From: Octopus sinensis
Lineage: Eukaryota
Reading direction: 5' to 3'
Length of the DNA: 54,587 nt
Assembly (NCBI RefSeq): GCF_006345805.1
Contig: NW_021826282.1
Location: 1-54,587, forward strand
Positions 14,235 through 27,183 of this stretch are shown piece after piece; position 1 is the first letter of the stretch, and each line of letters starts with the position of its first letter. A model generated the notes under the pieces. It was not told where the DNA came from and did not search any database. It saw nothing but the letters and a program-made list of their open reading frames with translations. The translations under genes were made by a program, and so were the position numbers.

Positions 14235-14428
14235 TTTCTACTCTAGGCACAAGGCCCTAAATTTGGGGGGATGGGTCTAGTCGATTAGATCGACTCCAGT
14301 ACACAACCGATACTTAATTTATTGACTCCGCAGGGATGGAAGGCAAAGTCGACCTCGACGGAATTTGAACTCAGAACATAAAAAAACATTTCGCCCGGCC
14401 TGCTAACGTTGCTGTCAGCTCGCCGCCT
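14235..14428 (-). mobile_element. SINE family B (AGAGTAGAAA-tail variant)
   Basis: TTTCTACTCTAGGCACAAGGCCC...AAGGCAAAGTCGACCTCG...CAGCTCGCCGCCTT. Confidence 0.88.
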
Positions 14429-15221
14429 TTATATGTGTATATATTAACACACATATATCTTATATGCTGCGGCGAAAAAGAAACTCCAGACCCACTATAA
14501 ACTGACGGATAACACCGATCCAATCGGTAATACTAATTAAGAGGTAAACGATATTAACAACATGAAGACGCTATTACCAATTAGCTAACGTTGGAAGTAC
14601 CACACCAATGGCGTTGTAACCCATGGGGTGTTTTTCTGCTGTAGCCTATAATTTAAAATGATTTGTACCTTAAAAATAGTTAATTATCCTACTTCTCTGA
14701 TATCGGTTTCAGCCAGAGATTGTGTCTTGCTGGGGTGAAGGTCAGAACTCTAGTCAATATTATATTAAACTGTTCTCAATCTCAACTCCGTTATGGATAT
14801 TAAGGATGTTTTTAGGCCTGAGGAACCTCATCCGTCTCCAAGTTTGACCTCATCAGTTTTCTTCCAAAGAGAGAAAGTCAGACATTTTGAACGAAAGAGT
14901 GAGACAAATAGAAGAACTTCTCTGCAATGTAAAACCGATACTTAAAGATGAAAAGTACTGCAGTCTTCGGTGTGATTCAAAATCAGAGAGTAATATTAGT
15001 AAGTGGAACGATAACCGCAATGCAATTCTCCGGCGCACTCACAACTCAGCCTATGGGGCACCTAATTAAAATATCCTCATTTCAAATGATCAAAAAAGTA
15101 AATTAGAGCTAATTTCTTGACAATTCATAAAGTGATTCAGACATTTCTTTGTCATTAATAGAAACCCTCAACCGAGATATGTTGATATTCATAAGCAACG
15201 CCATTACTGTTACCCTAATGG

Positions 15222-15382
15222 TAATAATATTTTATAAGTTTAAAGCTTATAAACGATCACCGTGTAATGGCTAAAGAAATAATCGAATATTGGGGCATAT
15301 AAGCCCTCGACAGAAAAAACGTGGGCATTAGTACGCCTGCCAACCAAACTCACGCCTCTTATATTCGCGCTATTGGTGCTAT
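15222..15382 (-). mobile_element. Family D copy with a degenerate head
   Basis: TTTTATAAGTTTAAAGCTTAT...GATCACCGTGTA...AATATTGGGGCATATAAGCCC, then TATATTCGCG...GTGCTA homologous to the head at 53930-53950. Confidence 0.65.
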
Positions 15383-15389
15383 ATGTATA

Positions 15390-15444
<55 letters not shown>

Positions 15445-16164
15445 ATATATATCTGCGTGTGGTTGGGAGTTTGTGCACACTGTGTATATATATACACACA
15501 CACACATATATAAGACTCCCGTTAGTCTTGGCAACGCTGTAGAATATACGTTATCGCTAAAAGAGTTGAACTGTGCCAAAACAAGTCAGTTGGTCTGACC
15601 AGTTGATTTTGAAATTTATATAACGTATCTACTTTCACTTTTGTTCCGTCTATATTTTAAAAATACTTAGGTAGCTGATATTTTTGGAGTTATCTCATTT
15701 GCCTCATTTCGAGGATAAGCAGTAAGAGAGAGGGCGATTATATCCTCTAGTTGCTTGGATATGTGGAGTTACTCCAAGGATTTCAACTCACTATAATGAC
15801 ATATGTAACATCATCATGCCACAGTGTCACAATCTAGCAAATGTGAAAACCTCGGCATGGTCGCTTGACCTGTTATAAAAATAACACGCAATCAATCCCA
15901 GAAAAAGAATTTATTAAATAAAGCTAGCAGAAAGACCACCCACCGGGCAGTTTTCTGCTCTCCACTGTGGTCATATTTTCACATCTGATTCCCAATTCTA
16001 ATAATTTTATGATATTTTATGTCTAATTATATCTTAGTATAATAGTGCTCACTTGCTTAGTAAATATTACTTTCATTATTTTATCACAGTCATAATCTTT
16101 CTTTTTTAAACAAACATCAAGTTACGAATAGTTTTGTAATACGGCGCCGTATTTTACAATCCTG

Positions 16165-16375
16165 TAAATAATAATAAAGGTATTTTTATATAAGCTTAAA
16201 GCTTATGGCGATCACCATACAATGACTAAGGAAAATAGTCTAATAACGTGGCATATAAGCCCTAGACAGAAAAAAGAAGGCTTTCCTATCCGTTATTGGA
16301 CTATTTTCCTTACTCATTGCACGGTGATCATAATAAGCTTTAAGTTTTTATAAAAAATACCATTATTATTATTTA
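16165..16375. repeat. Inverted pair of family D bodies (arms 16165-16248 and 16291-16375)
   Basis: The arms are reverse complements with ~11 differences in ~85 nt and a 42-nt spacer. Confidence 0.85.
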
Positions 16376-17100
16376 GAGGATTGTAAACATCAAGGCAGTC
16401 CAACTACGGAGGTGATAAGCAGTTTGTCAAGTTTTACCTTCCTCTCAAAACACCATAGAGACTTCAGTTCAGCAACCCATCGGTAAGCTTTGTAGTATGT
16501 GTGAGGGAGAGAGAGAGTGAGGGGTAGAGAACCTTGCAAACAATGAATGTAATAAACATGAACTGAAAATATCGTATAAATGAAAGGGGTATAATTACTG
16601 ATGTACACGCCTCCGATCTTGTTGCCTCATAATATCCAGAAAAATGAATACTTTATAACGAAATTTTCTACAAATACGGCTTAGATGTTGCGGCTTCAGA
16701 GTACTTAGGGACTTATGGGAAATAATTTTTCTGAGGTGGTGGTGAGAGAAGTTTCGGGAAATTCCCACGATCCGATTTTTTCCCTCGTAACTTCTAGGAG
16801 AATGGGTATCTTTTAATGAAAGTTAATACAAATACCTTTCAAACGACATAGATTACGATTATAATTTTGCGGGAAAAATTTTTCCAAGGGCGTGTGAAGA
16901 GGAGTTTTGGTAAAACGAAGTTTCGGATCAGGAAGACCAAATAAGTTAGAACTGCTCTGTTTTGACACAGATTTTCCCCCATTTTCAAAAAATCATAGAT
17001 TTCCGTTGGGGAGGGTGCGTCGGGGGCATCTTTGTATGAAAAAAAGGTTTGAATTTTTTCTTTTACAAGTCCCCCTCCCACATCATCCCACTCTGACCCT

Positions 17101-18090
17101 ATTTTGGCCAATTTTTGCAGTTTAAAACCATCTGAGGAGCCTTTTCGGTATGAAAAAAAACTGTTAACATTTTCAGAGGGAGAAGTGATTGATTTAAGGA
17201 AGATTTGGCTGTAGTTTCTATCACATCTCAAGACAACCCGCCTCGTTTCATTATCGATCTCGGATGTATTGATGTTTTCCAATATTCTTCTCCCCCATAA
17301 ATACATTTGTATAAAAAAAAGAAAATTTTTTAAATTATGATTTTTTTTGCAGCCCAACTCCCTGCCCTCCATTGTTTCTGCTTATAATTTAAAACACTGG
17401 AGATCCCGAGAATATCACTGCTGGCATTAATCCACAGCGATTTTTTAAAAAGAAAGAGTTAGTAAACGATAATTCATTTTACTGGCCTATTTTTCTGTTA
17501 GAAAGTGTTTTTCTTCCACACACGGCTTCGCTTGATTGCGGTAAGAATTTAGATTAGGATTTTATTTTGATGCTTATATTCCACCAATGGACTACGCGTG
17601 TGTTATTCCCGCATCATCATTCCATAAAATGTATTTCATGGGAGAAAAATATTGAAAAAACGTCAATACACGTGAGAGTGAAAACGGAGGGTGGTTTTGG
17701 TTGTGCTAGAAACAACAGCTAAACTTCCCTTGAAATGTTCACCTTTTCCTCTGAAAATATCTACAGTTGAGGTTTTTTTAAACCGAAATGGCTCCTCCCA
17801 TCATTTTAAAGTTTTAGAATAATGGAAAAAATCAGTCCGGATGGTTATTATTCTCAGGCTTATAACGTTCCAAATAGCCATAGCAACAAAATCATTTTTT
17901 AATTTAAAAAAAAGTTGTACCGGTATTTTACCAAACAGCAAACCTCCCTGGAATGCTTCTCTGAAAATATTTACATTTTTTTTTTAACCGAAAAGCCTCG
18001 TCCCATGGATTTTAAGCTTTAAAAATGGCCAAAATCACTCCGAATTGTTATTATTGTAAGGCTTATTGCGTTCCAAACAGCCATAACAAC
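17101..18090. repeat. Old repeat unit present as two direct copies (17749-17887, 17959-18090) and one inverted copy (17101-17178)
   Basis: Shared frame CTCTGAAAAT...TTTT.A.ACCGAAA.G.CTC.TC..AT..TTTTAA...AAAAT(T)GG..AAAAT. Confidence 0.7.
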
Positions 18091-18092
18091 AG

Positions 18093-18094
18093 CA

Positions 18095-18142
<48 letters not shown>

Positions 18143-18143
18143 G

Positions 18144-18184
<41 letters not shown>

Positions 18185-18188
18185 GCTG

Positions 18189-18225
<37 letters not shown>

Positions 18226-18235
18226 AACAACAACG
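18093..18235. repeat. (CTA)n microsatellite upstream of the R4/Dong element
   Basis: Direct inspection. Confidence 0.97.
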
Positions 18236-18410
18236 AGAGCAATAATATTAAAAACATATAACCTCCATCCTTCCCAAACACACAATCTACAACAGCCACG
18301 ACGTTCACCACCACCACTAGAACTATTTCTACTACTATTATCCAGTAGCCATGAACTCTATCTGGTCCCGGGGCCTTCCAACTGCAAATAACAGCGACAT
18401 TATTTGCATC

Positions 18411-21175
18411 CTTAAAAAGGTTGATCTGTGGAAATTGAACCAAGAAACGAAAAATGTCAATGAAATTCTGAAATACATCAGAGCAAAAAACATCACAGGA
18501 ATAAATAATTTAATCAAGGAAGCAAGTATTGTTGTAGCAGAAAATGTGGGTGTCGATGTCAAGAAAAAGGAACATTATGGGAGTGACAAAAGAAAAGATC
18601 CATGGTGGAAAAGAAGAATACAGGCGGGGTTAGACATGCTCTCGAAGGATATTTCTGTAAGAAAAGGCCTGAAAGTAGTAATGGAGGAACTGAAACAGCG
18701 CCTCGGTACAAAGAAAGCAAACGACCAAAGAATGAAGAGGTACCAGCAGAATATGTTATTCAGAGTTGATCAGAAGAGATTCTACAAAGAAATAGATGGA
18801 AAGTGTACAGATGAAAAAGATGATACCAGATAACATTGAAAGTCAAAGGTTTTGGAATGACATCTGGAGCAAAGACAAGGAGCACAACAAGGATGCTGAA
18901 TGGTTGCAAGAACTGAAACAAACGGTATTCTGTCCAAAACAGGCAGAAATTGTCATTTCAGTTAGGGAAGTGGAGGAAATCAGCAAACAAATGGGCAACT
19001 GGAAGGCCCGGGGACCAGATGGGGTTCAAGGCTACTGGATCAAAAGATTTGCACAACTTGACACCTTGTTAAATGCCGACTAAGTAACACCAGAGTGGTT
19101 GATAATGGGTAGGACGGTGCTGTGCTTGAAAAACATCGGAAAAGGCAATACGGTAGACAATTACAGGCTGATATCCTGCTTGACACTTATGTGGAAATTA
19201 TTGACTGGAATACTCGCAGAGTCAATGTATGGACATGTTGAATAAATAGAAGCCTGCCACATGAGCAGAAGGGGTGCAATGGTAAGTGCAGCGGTACCAA
19301 GGATCAACTTCTGATAGACAAGACCGTACTTAGAGACTGCAAAAGGAAGAAAAGTAACTTAGCCATGTCATAGACCGATCATCGTATGGTATACGATATG
19401 ATCCCACATTATTCGATTATGGAATGTGTGAACCTATTTGGTATTGCACTGAATGTTGAATGGTTGCTTGGAAAAAAATATGGCGTAGTGGAGAAGAGAA
19501 ATGACAGCATACGGAATTTAGAGACAGGAGAAATCAGGAGGGGCATCTTCCAAGGGGACTGCCTGTCCCCACCGATCTTTGTACTCTGCATGATGCCACT
19601 AACACTGATTCTGAGGAAAGCAGAGGCTGGGTATGTATTCAAAAGCCACCAACAAAAAGTCAACCACTTGTTATTCATGGCTGGCCTCAAACTTTATGGT
19701 AAACATGAATCCCAAGTCAGTTCCCTCCTTGTTACGGTGTATACTTTCAGTGCTGATATCGGAATGGAGTTCGGACTGAGAAAGTGTGGTGTGTTAGTCT
19801 TGAAAAGAGGCAAAATCAAATGTATGGACGGACTAACGATACCGTCGGGGGAGGTTATGAAGCAGATAGAAGAGACGGGCTATAAGTACTTGGGGATATT
19901 AGAAATGGATAAAGTGACGGAGAAAGAAATGACAGTCAAATTTAAGGTGGAGTACTTGCGCAGATGGAGACCGATATTTAAGTCAAGATTAGACGGACGG
20001 AATAAGATTGAAGCTATCAACACCTGGGCGGTTTCACTCCTTAGATATGAAGCAGGAGTAATCGCATGAACAGTAGACGAACTAAACAGCTTAGACAGGA
20101 AGACAATGAAGTTGCGGACTAGATATGAGTCACTCCACCCAAAATGTGACACATACAGACTGTATGTAACAAGAAAATAAGGGGGAACAGGACTGATTGG
20201 ATGCGAACACAGCATTAGAGCAGAGGAAAACAACATAGCATGGTATGTAAAAATGCCACAGAACCACTATTATTGGAAGTAAGGAGGTCAGGCTTGTGTA
20301 GGATGGAAGATTGCACTGTAGAAGCACTTGAGAATGAACGAAACTGAAAATAGGTGGGTAAAGAAAAGATACATGGACAATTTCATAGAGATGTTGAAGA
20401 TAAGACAGACAGGGAAAAATAGCTATGGATGACTAAAAGTGATATAAAACGGAAACGGAGTCTCTAATTTGTCTTGCCCAAGAGCAAGCATCAAATAGAG
20501 AATAGAAAACACATCAGAAAGTGATAAGTGCAAAATTTCTTGACAAAATGGTGAAACCGTATGGCATATTACCGGTCAATGTATGCCACTAGTGCAGAAA
20601 TAATATCAAAGACGTCATGACAACATAGCAAGGATTGTCGACTGGACACTTTGCAACAAGTATGGACTTAACAGAGCAAAAAAACTGGTACGGACATAAA
20701 CCTGAAGGCATCATCGAAAATGATAAAGCGAAGATCCTATGGGATTCTATGATTCAGTGCGACCATGAGATGGAAAATAGGAAACCAGACATAGTTTTAT
20801 TGAGAAAGAAAACAAACGATGCTGGATCATAGATATAGCATGCCCAGCTGACAACAAGGTTTGCGATAAGGAAGAAAGAGAAGTCGAAAGATATGACAGG
20901 TTAGCTTAGGTGATTAAGCCGTTGTGGTTATTGAAAAAGGTGGTAGTAGTACCAATAATTGTTGGAGCCCTGGGAACAGTGAGCAAAAGTCTTGAGAAGT
21001 GCATGAAACAAATAGGGGCTGCAATAAGGGTGGAGCACTTGCAGAAAACAGCACTGCTTGGAACCGCTCGAATACTTCGGATGATGCTCGAAAAATAAGA
21101 GGGGTTACCTTAGTTCACTGGTAGTGAACAGCTGACACTGTAGTACATCTCCAGCGTTAGAAGCTGTGCAAAGGC

Positions 21176-21180
<5 letters not shown>
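18411..21180 (+). mobile_element. Decayed 5'-truncated non-LTR retrotransposon of the R4/Dong clade (single ORF, RT plus C-terminal restriction-like endonuclease), broken by frameshifts and stops
   Basis: Consecutive + strand ORF pieces: DPWWKRRI (18351..18833), NWKARGPDGVQGYWIK (RT domain 0), IRRGIFQGDCLSPPIFVLCM and VNHLLFMAGLKLYG (RT core; the catalytic DD is lost), KYLGILE and NKIEAINTWAVSLLRY, a decayed C-x2-C...HI...C...RHD knuckle near 20525-20620, KILWDSMIQCDHEMENRKPDIVL (PD motif of the RLE) and a C-terminal VPIIVGALGTV...LQKTALLGTARILRMMLEK stop at 21098. A short 3' UTR then runs into (TAA)n. Confidence 0.9.
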
Positions 21181-21219
<39 letters not shown>

Positions 21220-21243
21220 TGATGATGATGATGATGATGATGT

Positions 21244-21280
<37 letters not shown>

Positions 21281-21303
21281 ATTAATAATAATAATAATAA
21301 TAA

Positions 21304-21334
<31 letters not shown>

Positions 21335-21450
21335 AAGGAGAAGAAGAAGGAGAAGAAGAAGAAGAAGGAGATGAAGAAGAAGAAGGAGATGAAGAAGAAG
21401 AAGAAGAAGAAGAAGAAGAAGGGAGAAGAAGAAGAAGAAGAAGAAGAAGA
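21176..21450. repeat. Compound (AAT)n-(GAT)n-(AAT)n-(GAA)n microsatellite at the 3' end of the R4/Dong element
   Basis: Direct inspection. Confidence 0.97.
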
Positions 21451-21827
21451 AAACAGTGATACTGCTGATGATGACGATAGTTACAGAAGCAGAAGAGGAG
21501 TAGGATGAACTGAGAAAGAAGTAAAAATAAGGGTAAGTAGGAGAAGGAAGAGCAACGAATTTGGGTTTAGAGAAGAGAAATAAATAAAAAGGGAAGATGA
21601 AGTAGAGAACTTGCATACAAAATTTCATCAGTTGTCTGTGTGAGGTACACGTCATCTAAACAAAGCTAAGTGTTATATCGGTATGGTGAAGGGATCGTTT
21701 AAAGAACGGTTCTACGTCGTTCAAGTCTCCCGACAAGAAAGCAGACACGAGGTTAATACTCATGTATGGATATATGTGTGTATGTATGTATGTATGTATG
21801 TATGTATGGATATATGTATGTACGTAC

Positions 21828-21858
<31 letters not shown>

Positions 21859-23226
21859 TGTGTATGTGTGTATGTGTGTATGTATGTATGTATGTATGTA
21901 TGTATATGTGTGTATGTGTGTATGTGTGTATGTATAGAGTGAGAATTACGAACCCTCTAAACACAGTTTTGAAACTGTCGAGTAATGCGGAATTTTTACT
22001 TACTGTGTGTGTGAGTACGTTTGCGTGTATGTATATGTGTATTTTGTAAATTGTATGTGTGTGTGTTTGTGCGTTCGTTTCTTATTCTAAATAGTGTGAA
22101 AATCATAAACCTTTATAGAAATTCTCTCTTTTTCTGTTTGATATGGAAACGGCATTTTTATCTTTAAATTTTCTTTGCTTTGTACTTCCCCTTCATCCTC
22201 AGCCTCCCCCACTCCTCTGCCTCCTCATCACCATCGTGGTCGTAGTCATTATAGTCCTCTCCCTCCTCTTCATCATCATAACATCGTCGTCATCTTCGTA
22301 TCTTCTTCTGCTCCTACAGAAGATGCAATGAAAGTGATGCAAAAATGCAAAAGAAACTCTGCATTTTATTATAGAAACGCTAAATAAAGGTAATTGGAAG
22401 AAAGGCGGGAGATGAACAAATAATAACACAACAACAACAACAACAGCAACAAAAACTACTACTACAACTACTACAACAACCTCAGCAATAATATTAAGAA
22501 AAAGCATATAACCACCCTCCTTCCCAATAAATTACAAACGCACCATCACCACAGCAGCCACGACGTTCACCAACACCACTACTTAAACCTACACCACCAC
22601 CACCACCAGCATTACTACTACTACTACTACTACTACTACTAAATCCACAACCACCACAATGATAAAGAAAAAAATAAAGCGCAAAGTAGAAAAAATAGGA
22701 AAGGAAAATATTTCATCTTTTATAAAAGCCTCCCAACTATGTACAAATAATCTAAAGACAGATATTTCATAGAATTCGCTCCCAAGATTTGGGAGTTGCA
22801 CCAGCTCATTATGTAGGTTGTCTCCGGAGAATATCTGCCACATAAGATTAGCTTTATTGACATACATATTCAGTTAGAAACCAGCGCAACTGCAGCTCAC
22901 AATTGCAATAGGAGCAATTAGATATTTTGCTGTAGCTATATACCTCCCGAAATAACTCTCTTCACCAACCACCACCACCACCACCAACATCGCTCCAACA
23001 ACCTACCTACCTACCTATCCCGGGGCCACCACAACCACCGCCACCGCCACCGCCACCGCCACCACCGCCAACGCCACCGCCACCGCAATCACCATACGCG
23101 TTTAATTCATCTATAGACACCGTAAAACACACATATACCACCTCACCCCACCGCATGCTTCGTCCGTCGTCTTCTTCCTCTTTTGCTTCACTCTGCCTTT
23201 CTCTTTTCTCTCTCTCTCTCTCTATG

Positions 23227-23257
<31 letters not shown>

Positions 23258-23434
23258 GATATATAATACACACACACACACACACAAACACAACCACACA
23301 TATATATACATGCATATATATATACCTTTATCTCTTTGTCTCTTCTTTCTCACCAATCTCCCTCTCTTCGTCCCTTTCACTTCTCTTGATATATATACAT
23401 ATACATATATTATATTACACATTTATTTGTGTAT

Positions 23435-23472
<38 letters not shown>

Positions 23473-23631
23473 TATATATATATAATATATTTCTATATAC
23501 GTATTATGTATATATTAATATATATGCATAAATACATATACATATACACACAGTCATACATACACACACATATATATGTATTTATCTATATATATATATA
23601 TATTATAATATATATATATTAATATATATAT

Positions 23632-23670
<39 letters not shown>

Positions 23671-25495
23671 GTGTGTGTGTGTGTTGTGCATGCGTTGTAT
23701 GAATGGGTGTATTTGTGAATATTTAAAAGCAATTTCCTTCAGACGTCGATCGTTCAAATGGAAAGAAACAACGAAGGAAAGAAATGATTAAATAAACCTG
23801 AATTAAAATTGTAAAAATCCACCAAAGCATCGCATCTCTATTGACGAAATCTGTAATTATGAATAGAACGCTTAAGCTGCGCTCGATTTGTTATTCTCAT
23901 CGTCAGTGTTGTTGTTTTGCTGCTGTTGTAATATGTAACAGCTATTTGGTTTATAATTGGATTCTTTTGATTCCGTGGACATGTTTAACCAATACTATTT
24001 TGGGTTCTGGCGATAGAATACAGAGCTCCAAGCACAACGGTGGGTATTTCGCACCCAGTTACCTGCTTATGTTGAAAATTTTCCAGCGGTTTCATTTTTT
24101 CTTTATTTTTTTCCAGCGGCAATTAAGTACCACACTTTTGTATTTATCTAGGAATGGGTACCGTTAGTTAAAAATAAGTACCTTAGTTTTGTATTTATTT
24201 GAAAATAGATCCCTCGGTTGTTATTTGTCTGCAAACAGATACCAATAAATGGGAAAAGGTTCCACGGTTTTGAATGCGTCATGGAGTAGTTAGCACTAAG
24301 TGGAACACGTTATCGTGTATTTACATGTATCACCCTTCGAAGTAAGTACGTAAATCTTATAAAACTGGCGAGAGCGATGATGAGTTGAATGCTGATATGG
24401 ATATCTTCAAGAAAACAAGGAAAAGAAGAATGATGCTGATATGTCGTCTCACAAAGCAGAAATTTACATGATGATTCCAAAGACACTATGTAAGATTGAT
24501 AAAGATTTGCTAATAAAAATTAATGGGTTTCATGGCCACTAAGTATATGTCCTGGAGAAGGAGTAAGGTTCATTTGAATGATAGGAAGTGCAGAAACTAT
24601 GTGAAATGAGAAACTAAGGAACGAGGCAGTATACGGCCGATAAAGTTTAGGAGTTTTACACTAGAAATGCGGTTTCGTATAACAGAAAAGATTTTGATAT
24701 CAGAAAAAGGTTAAAAACCTGCATTTATATGCATCTTATAGTTTTGTGTGTGTGTGTGTGAGTGTGTGCATATGAGTGCGTGTGTGTGTTTGCGTGCACA
24801 CATGAGTACATTTGTGCATCTATGTATATTTCTATGCTGGTTCCAGTAACCATAATGGGACAATATAAATATGAACAGCCACATACAGGACTATCAAGAC
24901 TACGACAGAGCCCGGATGCAGCCAAAAGGACAGGCTAGAAATATGAGATAACTGTCAAAGAAATTACTCTTTATTGTCTTAAAAATGGAAGGTTGCATTT
25001 CGCAATATAGCCAAAGATGTACGAAGAACACGAAGCCATGTTGACGGCAGAAATTATTTTGAATAATACGTCTGCTCGGTTAGAATGGCGCGGAGTAAAA
25101 CAACTGAGGCATTGTCTGTGTTTCTGTGCCGCAACAGAGAGAGAAATATGCGCCACGGATCTTTCGGAATCGCAAAGTGATTACGTCACGAACTAAATCA
25201 AATATTTAACCTGCTGTTGCTACCTATTTTGCCTATATTGCACATATATATGTGTATGAGTGTGTATGTGTGTGCGTGTGTGTGTGCGTGTGTGTGTGTT
25301 CAGATATAAATGCATATTCATAAATATACATATACACATACACGCTCACACACACACACAAACACACACACACGTATATATATATGTATGTATGAATGTA
25401 CATATATATATATATGTGTGTGTATATATATATATATATTATATATGTATGTATGTATGCACATATATATATATATGTGTGTGGGTGTGTATATG

Positions 25496-25554
<59 letters not shown>

Positions 25555-26219
25555 ATGTATGTATGTATGCATATATACAAATATCAAAATGTCCTTGGGC
25601 TTTAACCTTGCAGTTTACCTTATTAAGACTAGCCACGGATACTGGCTATCAGACACAAGTATACATCGCAAATGCGGTATTAGTATAATAATACCGATGC
25701 CATGTGTTTTCACACATTGACCATCGAAACAGATTGGTTACTTATAATATGATGTAGACACCTCTGATGAGGACACAATGGTGTTCCAATATCTATTAAG
25801 GGCCGATTTTCACTTCCTCAGTCTACGGAGGTATAGTTAAATTTACCCTGTTTATATATCTCCTCCATAGATTACAAACACTGCATCTTATCCTGATACT
25901 GTGTGGACGCAGATCCCCGCTGACAGGTCGCTGATATCAAATACGGTGCTAAACACTTAAGCTATGCAAATTAGTCGCTCCGACACTCTGTTGCTACAGG
26001 ATTCGTTGAGTAGCGAAACAGATTGGATTCTTATTTCTCTGGACTTGGCCAAATTGGTGTTGACACCTCTGACACTTCTCGAATGAGAACTCAATACACT
26101 TCCAAAATCGATTAACGATGCTCATCATTGTTTCAATCTACACGAAAAAATTGCTAAATTTACCTTGTTTATATATCTATTACATAGGTTACATACAAGA
26201 ATAACAATGATGATATTCT

Positions 26220-26284
<65 letters not shown>

Positions 26285-26308
26285 CAATTACTATTATTAT
26301 TGTTTTTT

Positions 26309-26830
26309 ATTGGTCGCTATCATGTACATTGTGTTGGTATAAAATATGGGATACAGCAAATATTCTGCTCAATACCACTGATTTGCTTGTCAGTTGTTTG
26401 ACCGTAACAAGTTGAGCATGTCCCTTAGTGGCTGACGAAATGTGCATCTCTGATCATGAGCAGAAGTAGTGGGGAAGCATCATAGCCGTGTGTTGAAAGG
26501 AATTCTTTGGGGTTTGGATAATTTACCTTCGGAAACATGAGTGTTTCATTCAACAGCCTAAAGCAAATCTGATTCAGGGACCTTTTGAGCGGGATGGGTT
26601 ACTCGACCCGAAGAAAATGCTAACTGGGCCCCACCTACAAGGTCATGTGCTGTTTATCTTGATATGAGATCACCATGTCGCACACATATGGTTGTGATGA
26701 ATGTGCCTAGTGAACCCTTATCAGACCGGATAGTCATGATGGGTATATTGGGCTTCGTATATTTTACCCCAGTGTCACTTTGATGGCATGCACTGCTCTT
26801 TCATTCAATAATAATGATAATAATAATAAT
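26309..26830 (+). mobile_element. Family C: ~500-bp interspersed repeat with a (TAA)n tail
   Basis: Colinear with 33457-33960 along its whole length (e.g. AATATTCTGCTCAATACCAC.GATTTGCTTGTCAGTTGTTTG, GAGCAGAAGTAGTGGGG, ATGGGTATATTGGGCTTCGT); ends in CAATAATAAT. Confidence 0.85.
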
Positions 26831-26840
26831 TGTAGTAGTG

Positions 26841-26894
<54 letters not shown>

Positions 26895-27139
26895 ATAATA
26901 ATTAGGGTTTCAAATATTGGCACAAGGCCAGCAATTTCGTGATAGTGTGTAAGTCGATTACATCAAGCCCAATACTCAACTGATATATTACTAGCCTCGA
27001 AAGGAGGGAAAGCAGAGAGGACCTGGGCCCTTTCATATAATAATGATATCGCAATACTCTTGAGACTGAACATCGATGAAACAATTGTAAACCTATGTAA
27101 TAAAACTCACCGCTTAATCCCTTCTCGAGCCCGCTTTGT

Positions 27140-27183
<44 letters not shown>

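Noticed and set aside
14790-15069. Short + strand ORFs in unique-looking sequence
   Set aside because: No recognisable domain or splice context; the lengths are within chance expectation.
25722-25790. GAAA ... CTGATGA arrangement suggesting a type II or type I hammerhead
   Set aside because: Helices I and III cannot be formed, and GAAA is missing after the GGACAC/GTGTTC stem.
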